In this document: piece after piece, positions 31,107-43,589 of the stretch
How the letters are laid out: each line of letters opens with the position of its first letter
Position numbering within the stretch: the stretch's first letter is position 1
Source: an uncultured virus (IMG/VR IMGVR_UViG_2061766007_000136)
Taxonomy: Duplodnaviria > Heunggongvirae > Uroviricota > Caudoviricetes
Strand: one strand, 5' to 3'
Length of the DNA: 64,000 bases
Virus record (IMG/VR): IMGVR_UViG_2061766007_000136
The notes under the pieces: model-generated
Database searches by the model: none
Told to the model about the DNA's origin: nothing
The model's input: only the letters and a program-made list of their open reading frames with translations
Position numbers and translations under genes: made by a program

Positions 31107-31926
31107 CTTTCTTCTCCGTTTTAAGATATTTGTCAATCGCCTTGAAAAGCTCCTGTCTTATTTCAGACAGAATCAGGAACAAGACCATCCCGACCATGAT
31201 GATGAAAAAGCCAGTGGCAATTTCCACCCCGTATTTCGACAGGAGCATTGTCCCATAAAACAGGACAAGAATAAATGATACAATGATGAGGACAAGCAAT
31301 TCTACAGACATGATGAAAAGAATGATGTTACGGGCAAACGGATTCGCCCACACCTTTCTCATCATGGTCATTATGGTGTTTCTGAAATCGTTCATTATAA
31401 AAACTCCTTTGTCAATACCATACTTCAAGTACGCAGGACATATCCTTGTGCTCTGCAAGAACATCCCTGACGATTTTCGCCTCTATTAGAATGTAACACA
31501 GCTCCTCTGGCACATGTTCATAGTATTTGCAGAAGTCTTTTCCGAAAATGGAGTTGAGTTCCTCCTTCGCATTCTTGTCCTCACGTTCAATCGAAAGGAC
31601 TGCAAGCCGTTTTATCTCATTGACAAACCGAATAGCCTCCTTGTGGTCAAGGCAGTACACCGCTCTGCAATCGCTTTTGCTGAATGCCTTTAGAACAGGA
31701 ACTTTGAGCAAGGTCAACAGCGTGTCAACCATCCATTCCTTGTTTGGAAAACACCCTCCTCCGCCATAGAAATCATCCAGTTCAGAAAATGGCATATGCT
31801 CAATGCCTTCTTTAGACCAGTTGAACTGCCTGACTTCATTGGTCTTTATCCATTTTATTGTCAAATCAGCACTCATGTTTCATAGTCCTTTACTATTAAT
31901 ATACATCTTTTTCATGAAAATGCAAA

Positions 31927-32609
31927 TTATTCCTCGATGATTTTTGCATGAATAGTTTTTTCGTTTCTGTCGATTAATAACATGGATAAATCCTGCAAGC
32001 GAGTTTCAATCTTGATGACGACATTTTCATAATAAAAGCAATTGTTCATGTCAATAATAATAAAATCCCATCCAGCCATTTGCATGAATGCACGGGAAAG
32101 ATTGTTAGACATGACGATATAATTAATATCCTCACGCCAAAGCATTTTCAGAAACGCCCTTTCCGAACTAAGACTGAACGAGAATTTCCTATCCGCATTG
32201 AGCAAGCCCATCAGGACAATCGAATAATCAGAATACTGTTTTATGAAATGGTCTAAGTCCATGTTAGAATCCGATTTTGCTTATTGATGTTCACATGTAC
32301 CGTATTGCCTTTGAAATCAATCAGGAGCATGGAATTTGCGTCCATATTACTGTTTACCATGAAAGTCACTCCAAATACCTTGTATGCTTCATTAAATGAA
32401 AAAGAAGAAAATGAAGCGTGGTTATGCCGTATCAAGAAAAGTAACGAATCTATCGACATGACACAAAAAAATGTATGCTCTTTTGAAAACAATTCAGACA
32501 AGTCGTATATGCTGTTCCATATGAAATCCGTCGTCCTGTCGGCATTCATCATTTCGACAAGGACGATGGAATAATCTGAATACTTTTCCAACAGTTCAGC
32601 ACTGTTCAT
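31927..32609 (-). CDS. Two adjacent paralogous hypothetical genes (31927..32262 and 32253..32609)
   Basis: Both contain YSDYSIVL...NADR and SMLLID...T(I/V)H. Confidence 0.6.
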
Positions 32610-33254
32610 TTCCGTGAAATCCGCCGAATCTCAAGATTCGTGTCGCGTTTCTTGATGGCTTCTCTTTTGTCAAAGTGCTTCTTTCCTCGGCAAAGCCCTA
32701 TCAGGAGCTTTATCTTACCGTTCTCGGCAACGTGCATGTCAAGCGGGATGATGGTCATCCCGTTCTTCTCGACTTCCGCTTTGAGCTTTCGTATTTGCCT
32801 TTTATGCAAAAGCAGACGGCGTTCGCGGTTCTTGTCATGGTTCATGTACGATGAATTGGTGTACTGGGCTATCATCGACTGGAGCATGAACACTTCACCG
32901 CCCCTGACAATGCAGTACGCCTCGGAAATGGAGACTTCCTTTGCGACGCACGACTTGACTTCGCTTCCAACAAGGCTGATTCCAGCCTCGAATGTCTCGA
33001 CGACGGTATAATCGTGGCGAGCCTTNNNNNNNNNNCGAATTGGCGTACTGCGCTATCATGGACTGTAGCATGAACACCTCGCCACCCCTGACGACGCAGT
33101 AAGCCTCCGAAATGGACACTTCCTTCGCGACGCAGGACTTGACTTCGCTTCCAACAAGACTGATTCCAGCCTCGAATGTCTCGACGACGGTATAATCGTG
33201 GCGAGCCTTGCGGTTGACAGTGATGATTTTATCTTCTTTCTTTTCCTTTTTCAT
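32606..33254 (-). CDS. smpB: SsrA-binding protein SmpB (internal duplication around an N gap is an assembly artefact)
   Basis: NRKARHDY, EAGISLVGSEVKS, RRLLLHK, GKKHFDKREAIKKRD. Confidence 0.92.
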
Positions 33255-33539
33255 GCTTCCAGTCTCCTTTGCTGTAAAAATAAAGCCACGTCACATGCTT
33301 GATATGGCGTGGCTTTACCGTCAATAATTGTAAACACCCCTTTGTGGATTACTGTTCCTTTTCCTCATTCTCCTTCGCGTAATTCTTACAATTCTGGCAA
33401 TCCTTGTACAAATCAACGCGCTTGGATTCTGGATTAAGATGGCAAAGGCACTTTTCAATCCTGTCTCCATAGACGTTCATGAACACCTCAATCCAACGGC
33501 AGTTTTTACCATTATTTTCTTGCATGTCATTCTCTCTGA

Positions 33540-33899
33540 TTACTTGTGGATGATACGGATGCCGACCTTGGAACCCTTGTTCTGCTTCTTGCAGGTGCAG
33601 GTGGTCTTCTTGGTCGATTTCTTGGTGGAGGTCGTCTGCGTGTCGGTCACACGACGCTTCTGGCAGTTGGCACGGCGGGTTTCCCAGGCGAGGTAGCCAG
33701 CACGAACCATCTTGTTGTGCTGATTCTCAGTCCTGATGGCGTTTTCACGATTGGCGATGAATTCGTCACGGGCATCTTCAAGAGCCTTGCGCTCGTTGCC
33801 AGTGGCAGCATTCACCTTGCGGTTGTAGTTGGCTTTGTAGCCAGCCATCTTCTGCGTGATTTCCTTCTCGGTCAGGACTTTGACATCATTCGGATTCAT
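33540..33899 (-). CDS. Hypothetical basic protein
   Basis: RBS and ORF, AGYLAWETRR. Confidence 0.55.
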   Translation of the reverse strand: MNPNDVKVLTEKEITQKMAGYKANYNRKVNAATGNERKALEDARDEFIANRENAIRTENQHNKMVRAGYLAWETRRANCQKRRVTDTQTTSTKKSTKKTTCTCKKQNKGSKVGIRIIHK

Positions 33900-34196
33900 T
33901 TTTCATTCTCCTTTGTTTCTTTGTTTTTGTTATTTGAACTGGTTGCGTCAAACAACGCCACCGACCAGTTCTGAAAATCTTTCGCGTCAATCCCTTTGTT
34001 GTGGAGATTGTTCAGTGAAAACACCTTGTAGCGGTTCTTGTTGGCGTAAGCCACAGCTTCCTGCTCGGTATTAAAACCACAGACAATCTTGTTGTCGGAG
34101 TTGACGGCGTAAAATTTGTATTCTAATTTCATCGCCATGTTTGTTGCTCCTTTGATTTACGTTATTAATATGATTTGATTTTTCCGTTTGTCAAGT

Positions 34197-36224
34197 TTAT
34201 TTCTTGCAAAAATTCAAAAATTCATCTTCGCGGATGATTTTCGTCCCGTATTTTTGTGCTTTCTTGCATTTGCTCGAAGTCAAATCCTCGCTGTCCGCGA
34301 CGACAAGAATACTTAGGTCTTTCGTCACGGCATCTACAGGTGTATATCCCGCTGATTGCGCGATTGACTGCATTTCAGAACGCTTCATTCTCATCGCGCC
34401 AGTAAAGCACACCGTTCCTTTGCTTTCAGTCTGTTCATTTTCCTTTTCATCTTCCTCGAACGTAAACAGGTTGGCAAGACTAATCATGCATCCCTTGTTC
34501 TCTCCATCATTCACCTGCATCCAGTCCATGATGCGTTTCGCCATGATATCACCCACTCCGTCAAGTTCGGATAGATTTTCAAACGTCGCGTCCGATATGA
34601 AATTGTAAATGGAATGGAATTTTTTCTTGATTTCACGTCCGATTTTCACACCGACATTCGGTATTCCCAACGCAGCGATGAACTTTTCCACAGTCGTATG
34701 CAAAATCTTGTTAGTCTCATCAACGATGATTTGCGCCGACGCATCGCCGAATGTCGGCAAACAAGAAATCTTGTCTTTTAAATATGGAATACACAATATC
34801 CACCAGTTCAAGTTAATTTGATTTATATTCGCGAATGCTTCATAAATCGTCGTGACAGTCGCCTCTCCGACATTCTTGATGCCGAGCTGTACAAGGGATT
34901 CATAGACACGGTGGATTTTCTTTCTCTTGCAATTCGGATTCAAGCAACGCACACCGCTGTCCACCACTTCAATCTCCCCTCCGCAGAAGGGACATTTGTC
35001 GATGGTGAAAAACACGCTCGTCGGGGCAGGACTGACACTTGTGATATGCGGAATGACATCCCCTGCGCGTTCAACGGTCAGCAACGCATCCAGATTGTAA
35101 TTGCCTTTCATAATGCACGGCAATGTCTTGCTGTTCATCGGGACGACGGCTCTTGACACGGTTACTCCATTCAGGTTGACTGGCTGGAAGATGGCTGTAG
35201 CCGTAATGTATTCCTTTCCCATTCCCCATTCGATATCCTTCAAATATGTCTGTGCAGACACATTCGCGAATTTGAATGCCATTGCTCCTTTCGGATGATG
35301 CGCTGTGAACCCCTGTTGCTCGCGCCATATCGGGTCGGCAATCTTCACCACGATTCCGTCCATAGGATAGTCCAAGTCCATGATATACGTCCTGAACAGA
35401 TTCCATTTGAGGTCGAAATCAGCCAGCTTCATGCGAAGAGAATACTTGTCGTAGTCAACAAGCGTCAGCACCGCTCCCTGCTTCTTGTAGAAATTGTAGT
35501 CGTCTGCATTGAGGATGCCAGCCACTGCGTTTCGGCTGTTCTTGAACGTCTCGCCGTTGTCGCGTCTCACATTTTTATAGATGGTATTGAAATCGCTTTT
35601 CTTGATGACGATTTCGCCATAGAAGTCGATTTTGCCATATTCGTTGTCCTTCATGTCGAATTTCGCAATCGCGGAGCACACGTCGGATACGTTTTCACCA
35701 ACATTCCCGTCACCACGGGTGGAAAACATGCCCTTCTGATAATGGCAACTGATTCCGTCGTACTTGGGCTGGATAAGAAATTCCTCGTCATCATTTCGGC
35801 TGACGGACTTCATCCAATCATATAGAGCTTCTTTATTATAAACTTTCTGCAAAGACAGCATCGGAACAACGTGGGCGACCTTTCCCTTGCTCTTTGAATC
35901 TCCATGTTCAGGAGTAGTCAAAAGCGGATTCTGAGGGTCAATAGTGCGAAGCTCCTCCACAAGCGCATCATATTCACTGTCAGGAGTCGTGCAATTGCCG
36001 TCCCAATAGTCCTTTCTCAACTGTTTAATCTTTTGTTCGAGTTCTTTCTTTCTATCCATTTTATTCACCAAATTGCTCATTGTCCTTTCGTAATCTACAA
36101 TAAAGATATTATCATTCTTCCTGTCCTCGCTCCAGTTTCTCAAATTCGGGCTGGAAAGCAACATCAAATGAGGGCAGACTTTTTCAAGTTGCTCAAGTTG
36201 TCTCACCAGTTCTTCTTTCATCAT
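34197..36224 (-). CDS. ligA: NAD-dependent DNA ligase with C-terminal BRCT (start uncertain, 36059 possible)
   Basis: PMLSLQK, KYDG, TRGDG, RNAVAG, DGIVVK, AFKF, RAGDVIP, CPFC zinc finger, VCFTG BRCT. Confidence 0.93.
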   Translation of the reverse strand: MMKEELVRQLEQLEKVCPHLMLLSSPNLRNWSEDRKNDNIFIVDYERTMSNLVNKMDRKKELEQKIKQLRKDYWDGNCTTPDSEYDALVEELRTIDPQNPLLTTPEHGDSKSKGKVAHVVPMLSLQKVYNKEALYDWMKSVSRNDDEEFLIQPKYDGISCHYQKGMFSTRGDGNVGENVSDVCSAIAKFDMKDNEYGKIDFYGEIVIKKSDFNTIYKNVRRDNGETFKNSRNAVAGILNADDYNFYKKQGAVLTLVDYDKYSLRMKLADFDLKWNLFRTYIMDLDYPMDGIVVKIADPIWREQQGFTAHHPKGAMAFKFANVSAQTYLKDIEWGMGKEYITATAIFQPVNLNGVTVSRAVVPMNSKTLPCIMKGNYNLDALLTVERAGDVIPHITSVSPAPTSVFFTIDKCPFCGGEIEVVDSGVRCLNPNCKRKKIHRVYESLVQLGIKNVGEATVTTIYEAFANINQINLNWWILCIPYLKDKISCLPTFGDASAQIIVDETNKILHTTVEKFIAALGIPNVGVKIGREIKKKFHSIYNFISDATFENLSELDGVGDIMAKRIMDWMQVNDGENKGCMISLANLFTFEEDEKENEQTESKGTVCFTGAMRMKRSEMQSIAQSAGYTPVDAVTKDLSILVVADSEDLTSSKCKKAQKYGTKIIREDEFLNFCKK

Positions 36225-37016
36225 TTTCGATTTCCTTAATGTCATCAAGCACTTTGTCCATATCAGCGACCAACTTCCCATAGGCAAAATCAACCATCCC
36301 CCTTGCGCCATGATATTCCTCGTCCGTCATGGACATCAGACCATTCAGGACGTTTCTAGCCCTTACAAGTGTCTGATACATATTCGGCAACTTTTTAAAC
36401 AGATTCATGAACCTTTCGCAGTCCTGAATCGTAAAATCACCATTTTCCCTGAATTCCGCTATGACATCCTCCTTGTTGTTGACAAGGACGAAATCATATG
36501 GGAATCCGATTCCTTTTGTAAATGACGCGCCACGCCACGGTGTATTCAAATCGAGTTCATTATTCATATTTTATTCTTTTTTTTAATATACATCGAAAAA
36601 TCGAAAATGCAATTCAGAGCATCACTTTTTTTCGCATAATTCGTCGATTTTCTTCTGGACATCCTCGTTTTTGAAATAATTCTTCAACGCAGGAATCCAT
36701 GCCTCTTCCTCGGAATCGGAATTGAAAAACATGTAGATGAACATATCTACCAATCTCTTGTCTGAATATCCAAAAGCCTCCCTCATATATCCAGACACCA
36801 TCCGAATCATGTCGGCAATCGCCATGTCATAGTCTTCTTCTCGGAGCAACCAGTCCTCATGCTCTTGGTCGTAGCTTAAATCACTTGTTCTCATTATTTG
36901 ATTCCTTTTCGTTTTTATTTTAATATTATTCATGTAAACGAAAAGTCAAATCGACAAAAACAAAAAAGCCACCGAATTGAAGTGAATTCGGTGGCATGAC
37001 ATTATAAATATTTGCC

Positions 37017-37772
37017 TTACGGCATGTCGGCGAGAATCTTGTCAAAGTTCTCCTCATTGTCCTTATGCTGGAAATAAAGGAATGCCAATACATCTGCCGC
37101 TCCATCAATCCCCTTTTTCTGACAATGCTCCTGAAACGCCTTCACGTCGTCGGGCGAAGACCAATCCAAATTGGAGGCAATCGCCTTGAATGTTACTTCA
37201 TTCTCCTTTCCTTCGCCTTCATCGAATTCCTTGATGAACAAATTCATGCGTTCGATGTATTCTTCGTATTTGTCTTGGTCGAGATACTCGTCTTTCTTGG
37301 ATTCGTCGAATGCGTCATCGTCTTCACTCAAGGACAATTCATCGGATTCCTCTGGATTCTTTTCTGTTTCCCCTTCGGCAGGCTTTTCCTCAGTCTCCTC
37401 CTGCTCCTCCTCCTTGCCTTTCTCATCCGTCACGAATTCATCCTGTCCGCCTTTGTCATCAAAGAGATTTTCCTTCTCTTCTTCGTTTTCTGGTTTTTCA
37501 GCATCAGCAGGATTGGCATCGTCGAGAGACAGGTCGAGCTTTTGTGGCTTTTCCTCTTCCTGTTTTATTTCATCGGGTTTTGATTCAGGTTCTGGCTCAG
37601 GTGTGCTTGGAGACGTATCATGGACAGGCGGACTCACTTTACTATCGTCTGTGGTTGACCATCCAGAATTCGTCCGTTTCCAATCACCAGAAGGCTTGTC
37701 ATTATGATTCGGGTCATACACATAATGATACCCAGCCAGAATGTCCATCGCTATCTTTATCGCCTTGTTCAT
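37017..37772 (-). CDS. Acidic low-complexity protein with short KIA-xx-ILA leader
   Basis: MNKAIKIAMDILAG, then E/D-rich. Confidence 0.6.
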   Translation of the reverse strand: MNKAIKIAMDILAGYHYVYDPNHNDKPSGDWKRTNSGWSTTDDSKVSPPVHDTSPSTPEPEPESKPDEIKQEEEKPQKLDLSLDDANPADAEKPENEEEKENLFDDKGGQDEFVTDEKGKEEEQEETEEKPAEGETEKNPEESDELSLSEDDDAFDESKKDEYLDQDKYEEYIERMNLFIKEFDEGEGKENEVTFKAIASNLDWSSPDDVKAFQEHCQKKGIDGAADVLAFLYFQHKDNEENFDKILADMP

Positions 37773-38266
37773 ACAATCCCTCCGAAAAATCTGCCATAGA
37801 GCAACCTCTTCACAAGGTTGTTCATATGTCTCGTGTTCGCATATAAATCCTCGTATTCATTATACTCTTCTGGATTCGGGCTGATTCCATATTCGCTGTT
37901 GAACCAGAGATTGAGAATGTACCCAGTCGCCTGACTGCGGGATTTACCAGCAGTACAATGCACAAGATATCCCCTTCCGTTGTCCTTCGTCCTCTGGACG
38001 AAATCGTACACCTTGTCGGCATCCGACTCGTTCATCAGCACCACGTCGTCGTCCCATTGAAACTCCGTGTCGTGGAATTTCAGGACAAGCACATTGCTCG
38101 CATTCCTGTATTCCTCTGAAAAAGGAATGTCCTCTTCCTCGAAGTTCTTCTTGGGATAAGCAGGAGTGATGATGGAGATGACATTCCATTTCTGGAATAT
38201 GTCCTTTTCCTCATCAGTCCCCTTCCTGTCGAGGAACCACTTTCTTGGAACCACCCTTATCTTCAT
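37769..38266 (-). CDS. Cys-based (PTP/dual-specificity-like) phosphatase
   Basis: LVHCTAGKSRS (CX5R). Confidence 0.85.
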   Translation of the reverse strand: MKIRVVPRKWFLDRKGTDEEKDIFQKWNVISIITPAYPKKNFEEEDIPFSEEYRNASNVLVLKFHDTEFQWDDDVVLMNESDADKVYDFVQRTKDNGRGYLVHCTAGKSRSQATGYILNLWFNSEYGISPNPEEYNEYEDLYANTRHMNNLVKRLLYGRFFGGIV

Positions 38267-38294
38267 AATAATCAGAAAGATTATAAGCGAAAAC

Positions 38295-39338
38295 TTACTT
38301 TGAAATTATCATGCATGCCTCGAACAAATCAGCCTTGAAGGACGGCATCGGATTCCTGTCCGTATAGAAACCCTTGTCGAACACGCGGAAGGCTCGTAGC
38401 ATCATTTCTGCACGTTCCTTGTTATTTCTCTTCATGGCATACTCGATTTCATTGCAAAGCCATGTCCTGACAATGAGACGCGCTCCTTCTACCTCGAACG
38501 AATCCCCGCATTTCTCTATCTGCTGAAGCACGCTCTGGAAATCACCCTTGATGACCGCCTTGGCGATTCCGACGAAATCCTGCTGGAACAATTCCTCGAT
38601 GGAGTCCGTACCACCGCCTTTCATGAATTTGTCAAGCCTCATCAGGATTTCCCTGAATCCAAGTCCTACGCATGCTGAAAGTATCTGCATGCGCTGTTCG
38701 ACTGTCATGCTTGGCATCTCTTGCTTGACGACGCATCCGAGCAACTGCTTGACATCGTTATTGGTAGGATTCTTAAAACCGTACTGCAAGCATCTGGTCT
38801 TGATGGTCTTGATGATTTTCTGCGGGTCGGTCGTCGCAAGAATCACATACGTGTTCGGCGGTGGCTCCTCAAGTGTCTTCAACATAAGGTTTTGGCTTCC
38901 CGTAGACATGCCTTGCACTTCATCTAACACAATGACGTTGTTGCGTCCAGTGAAGCTTGAATCGTACATGTCGTTCACAATCCTGTCTGCTTCGTCCTTC
39001 GTCGTCAAAGCCGACATGTTGTATTCCTTGATGTGCATCGCCTCTCCGTTCATCGCTGCGATACAAGACGGGCATTTGCAACACGGGTTCACCGTGTCGC
39101 CTTCCTCGCAGTTCAAGCCCATAGCGAGAATTCTCGCCACGGTCGTCTTTCCATCACCAGACATCCCGTGCAACAGAATCGCTTTGCCTCTCTTCTCACC
39201 GCTTTCCATCCATTTCGCCAACGCTTCCTTCGTCTCATTGTTGCCGATTACCTCGTGAAACGTGCGTGGGCGGTATCTTTCATTGATTGCCTTGTCGCCA
39301 CGAGCCACCAAACCTGTGAAATTAAATGTATTGTCCAT
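38295..39338 (-). CDS. dnaX: DNA polymerase III gamma/tau-like clamp loader subunit
   Basis: RYRPRTF, GDGKTT, Cys zinc module, LDEV, LKTLEEPP, TIKTRC. Confidence 0.88.
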   Translation of the reverse strand: MDNTFNFTGLVARGDKAINERYRPRTFHEVIGNNETKEALAKWMESGEKRGKAILLHGMSGDGKTTVARILAMGLNCEEGDTVNPCCKCPSCIAAMNGEAMHIKEYNMSALTTKDEADRIVNDMYDSSFTGRNNVIVLDEVQGMSTGSQNLMLKTLEEPPPNTYVILATTDPQKIIKTIKTRCLQYGFKNPTNNDVKQLLGCVVKQEMPSMTVEQRMQILSACVGLGFREILMRLDKFMKGGGTDSIEELFQQDFVGIAKAVIKGDFQSVLQQIEKCGDSFEVEGARLIVRTWLCNEIEYAMKRNNKERAEMMLRAFRVFDKGFYTDRNPMPSFKADLFEACMIISK

Positions 39339-40665
39339 AATTATAAATTCTCCATAAAAGATTCCTCAAACATGCTTTCAAGACCATCACTGTCTTTTTC
39401 CTTTTTCAATTCCATTTGCTCTTTTTCCTTGTTCGTCAAAGCTCCTGGACCTTCAAGAAATGCCTGCGACAATTTCTCAAGAGCATTATTCACTCCGTCA
39501 GATGACTTTTGAAGAGCATCGCCGTATTCTGAAAGGAATGAAACCGCTTTTTCAACGGATTTTGAAAACCCTTCAATACATTCGTCAAGCAAACAATTAT
39601 AGACATTGTTTTCATCAACAATAGACAAATGATATACTTCATCTTCCATTGCATTTTCTTTGACAATGCTGACTGAAATACCGTTATACCATAATTTGAA
39701 TTCTTGTTCTTGTTTTTTCTTTTTTCTTGCAGGAGATTTCTTTTTCTTTGAATCACGGAAAAGAGATATTCTCTTGCTTTCGACTACAGCAACTGTCGGT
39801 TTCTTGTCTATCGTACTCATTATTGCTCCTGTTTTTCATCGTTTAACGAATAAATCATTCTTTCCGTATAAAGATGGCATGTTTCAATGAAACTGTCTGG
39901 ACAAAGAATGAATTTTGCATTGTACGGTTCCATGTCTTTATGACTCTTTTTACAGCAGACAAACCATTTGCCACTTGCAATCATATATTTCTTGTCAAGA
40001 TTGTCGCAATGCAGACAATCTTGCATAAAACTTTCTTCATTTAACATTTGCGTCATACAATTTACAAATCCTGACTTCCTCAAGGCTTCCGTCCACAACA
40101 ATATCACTTCTTGAAGAATTGGACAAGTCAAAAAAATCCATTCCAGCAATCTGACACNNNNNNNNNNGCAATCTTGCATAAAACTTTCTTCATTCAATAT
40201 TTGCGTCATACAATTTACAAATCCTGACTTCCTCAAGGCTTCCATCCACAACAATATTGTTTCTTGAAGAATTGGACAAGTCAAAAAAATCCATTCCAGC
40301 AATCTGACACAAGTCCATAGCCGTCATTGTCTTTGACACGGTTATAATGCAGTCTGCCAGAATTTCCTTCAGCGACTTCCTTTCCACGTTTATCAACACT
40401 ATCTTGCAAGACGGGGCATCTTTTGGGAAATGGAGATATCCACCGCTCTGGTTCATCTCGCTGTCATGAGTGCAAGGCTTGTACAAATACAGTTCCAACA
40501 CATACTTTGTTGATTTGTTATAGCGTATAATCCTTGCCAACATGCAGTATTCACAACCTATGCAATTAGAATGGCAGAACCTCAAATCCTTCTCGTAAAT
40601 CGTCTTGTCGAAGAAAGGCTCCTTTATTTCGGTGAATCCGAGGGAAACTAAGAATTCCTCATTCG

Positions 40666-41488
40666 TCATTGCTCATCTCGCGCAGTAAGTTCGTCAAACA
40701 ACGGAAGCGTATGAATCCACTTGCAGACATCCCGCCATTCCTGCAACGGATGGTTGGAACGCTGGCGAATCCATGTCTTCAACTGTCGGTAGTTTGTGAC
40801 GATTCTTGTAGTCTGCAAATACCCCTCTGGGAGTATGGCTTTCAGTCTGGCGACCAGCTCGTTCGTCCCTTCGTCCCACTGATTCTTATCTTCTGGCAAC
40901 TTGTCCAAAAGTTCCTTGGCGACTTCAAGAAACACATTCACCACACGGCGGTCGGTGTACGGGCAGAAGAACTGGTCTATCTTCGACGGGTCTTCCAGCA
41001 TCGCATTTACATTACGTTTGAGGTAGTGCATCGTGGAGGAAGCCGTCACGATGTCCATGAAATGATAACGCTGGACTTCTGGCATGACGAGNNNNNNNNN
41101 NCACGTTGCGCTTGAGGTAGTGCATCGTGGAGGATGCCGTCACGATGTCCATGAAATGATAACGCTGGACTTCTGGCATGACGAGGCGGGGGCATGTCAT
41201 GTTGAATGAAACCGTAATACCGCACAACGCACAGTCATGGCTCTCTCCACCAGCGCACGAACCCAAAGTCTTCATGCGCCTTATCTGCTTTGCACACCAT
41301 GTTTCTTCCTCAACGGACAAGTCAATTAACGGAAGATTAAGAGGAGTATTGTAATACTTGGCTAGATACTGGTTTAGCAATTTCTTCTGCTTGTTCATCT
41401 CATCTGAGTCGAAATCAGACCTGAACGCAAAACCAGACGCGAGAATCGCATTCTCAAGACCATGTACTTCAACATTCGTGATTTTCAT
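40666..41488 (-). CDS. ThyX-like fold protein (duplicated segment around an N gap)
   Basis: EVQRYHF, SSTMH, TNYRQLK...QRSNHPLQEW resemble phage ThyX-like proteins. Confidence 0.45.
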
Positions 41489-42294
41489 TCTTCTTTCTCC
41501 TTTTCAAGCATTTTCGAATATTCGTTGTAAAGTCTCGCACAAGCACCAAGTATCTTCACAGATTCCTTTTTGTATCTGGACAGGACATCCTTTCCAGCCC
41601 ATGCAGAAAAATGATAGCAAATCATTTCTTTTTCATCTATGAAATACTTGCCGTTGCAGTATGTCATAAATCCGCGTTCATTCAAATTCCAGTAAGCCAC
41701 ATTTATGGCGATGTCGTCAGACAGGATGTAGTCCTTGTGCATCCACGGAAGATAATTGTAAAGGCACTGTTGCCAGTAAATCGGAGTCGTCGGATTTGGC
41801 TTCGTATTGTAGCCATGCTCGATTTTCTTGCTCATCATATCGAGAATCTTCAAAAATGTAACAGTCGCTTCGTCATTCACAAGCCAGTAGATTCCAATAT
41901 TGATGTATCCGTCCTCTATGAACCAACGCGGATTGCACTCACCTATCTTGTCCACCTGATGAGGTGTGAACATGCTTTTCCTGTATGTCGGAAATGTATT
42001 TGTGAAATATATGTCGCTATCGCAGTAAAGCACATATTTGTATCCCATGTCAAACAATTCAAGGTGGGATTGGGGACGAATCATCTCAAGCCACGAGAAC
42101 TTCGTAATTCCTTCCCTTGTAAAGCGAGGCTCCAATATGGAAATCGTCTTGACTCCTTCCATTTTGATGTCTTCATCCGTGAACAGCACGACATCGAATC
42201 CCTTGTTGTACTTCAAAAAGGATTTTATCATGACACGCGCCTGCGGGAAATATTCGTGCGTGACGACGCTGGTAAGGACTTTTTTGTTTTTCAT
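41485..42294 (-). CDS. GT-A glycosyltransferase
   Basis: VLYCDSDIYF DxD motif, TPH, NVAYWNL, YHFS. Confidence 0.75.
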   Translation of the reverse strand: MKNKKVLTSVVTHEYFPQARVMIKSFLKYNKGFDVVLFTDEDIKMEGVKTISILEPRFTREGITKFSWLEMIRPQSHLELFDMGYKYVLYCDSDIYFTNTFPTYRKSMFTPHQVDKIGECNPRWFIEDGYINIGIYWLVNDEATVTFLKILDMMSKKIEHGYNTKPNPTTPIYWQQCLYNYLPWMHKDYILSDDIAINVAYWNLNERGFMTYCNGKYFIDEKEMICYHFSAWAGKDVLSRYKKESVKILGACARLYNEYSKMLEKEKEE

Positions 42295-42805
42295 AAATGT
42301 ATTCCTGAATGTTAATTAAATATGGCATGATTCAGGAGATTATTCCTATAAAAACACAAAAATCCACCAAGTGACATTGATGGATTTTTGCATGACACGC
42401 AAATTATCTGCTTGTTTTATTTGTCTTCATCATCGTCTTCAAAACTGTTGTCGCCATAGGTCTTTCTAATGTATTCTTCCTCTGTCTCGCAGAAGGCTTC
42501 ATACAACTGCTCCACAGTGTCGAACTTCACCAGCTTTGCTTCGATAATAAGGTATTTCCCTTTTTCAAAATCGATTTTCCTTCCTTTTTCAATTTCCTTG
42601 ATTCCAGAAGCATAGTTGATGTCTTCGTCGTCAAGACTGCCAAAACGCTTCATGAAGGCTTCGTACAGGTCTTTCTTCAGGAAATCGACATAGTAAAGCC
42701 CTTCCCAAGACCATACGAACCCATAGGTCGGAAGCTCTTTCTTAATCCTTCCCTTGATGGAGGATTTTTTAATAAGAGTAGCAATAACCATAGCAATCTC
42801 CTTTG

Positions 42806-43198
42806 TCAAGCCCTTCTCATAAGCCATTTCATGAACATCTTGTCGTCGGCGTTGTCATTCCAAGGGGAACTCTCGTCCTTGTTGACTTCATACAGTCTTC
42901 CGCCAGTCAGCGGTTCCTTGACATCAACGATATCAGTTCCCCATATTTTAATCACATCGTAAAATTTCGCGTCTTTCAAGGACACGTCGTATTTCTTGAA
43001 CAAATCGAACCTGTCCTTTGTCATCGTGAACACGAAGTCACCGCAGTCACCGCTTGTTCCAGCCCCTTCAAAGACGCACATGATGTTTTTACTCTTGTCC
43101 TTGATTGCTTTTATCGCTTCATCATAAACAAGTTTGTTTCCGTAGATAATGAAGCTGGAAGAACTGCTGTTGCTCACATAACTATATCTGATTTTCAT
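42806..43198 (-). CDS. Conserved phage protein with MKIR...VSNSSSSSF N-terminus
   Basis: Characteristic N-terminal motif; promoter motif at 43227-43254. Confidence 0.65.
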   Translation of the reverse strand: MKIRYSYVSNSSSSSFIIYGNKLVYDEAIKAIKDKSKNIMCVFEGAGTSGDCGDFVFTMTKDRFDLFKKYDVSLKDAKFYDVIKIWGTDIVDVKEPLTGGRLYEVNKDESSPWNDNADDKMFMKWLMRRA

Positions 43199-43589
43199 AT
43201 TAAACTCCTTTGATGCTTTTTCATATAATATACCGTAGTTTTCGGATTTGTCAAGTAAAATCAGTTGTTTTCTTCCTTTGTGCCTTGCAATTCATTCAGC
43301 CTCTTTTCATTTTCAGCCAAATCCTCGTACAATCTGTATATCTTAATCTTCAAATCGCGTATCTCGTTCTCTTTTGCATATTCCTTGTAGCTTTCCTCGT
43401 CCGTGAACAATTCATCAAAGCAATAGCCTTCCGCCTTCTTGCTCGCAATGAACTTGTCCATCCCCGTCGATACATGGAAATTAATCCTGTCCATCGGAAT
43501 CGCTTCACCTTTGTTGTTGAAGTACAACCGTTCTGGATTGCACGGGACAAAATGCTTCAAATCCTCAAGTGTCTTGCATTCGCTCAGTC

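Noticed and set aside
32869..33205. Two partial smpB copies suggesting duplication or a diversity mechanism
   Set aside because: Overlapping copies flank a 10-N gap with mostly synonymous differences; scaffolding artefact
40014..41184. Direct repeats at about 40014-40310 and 41013-41184
   Set aside because: Both straddle 10-N gaps; artefactual overlap of contig ends
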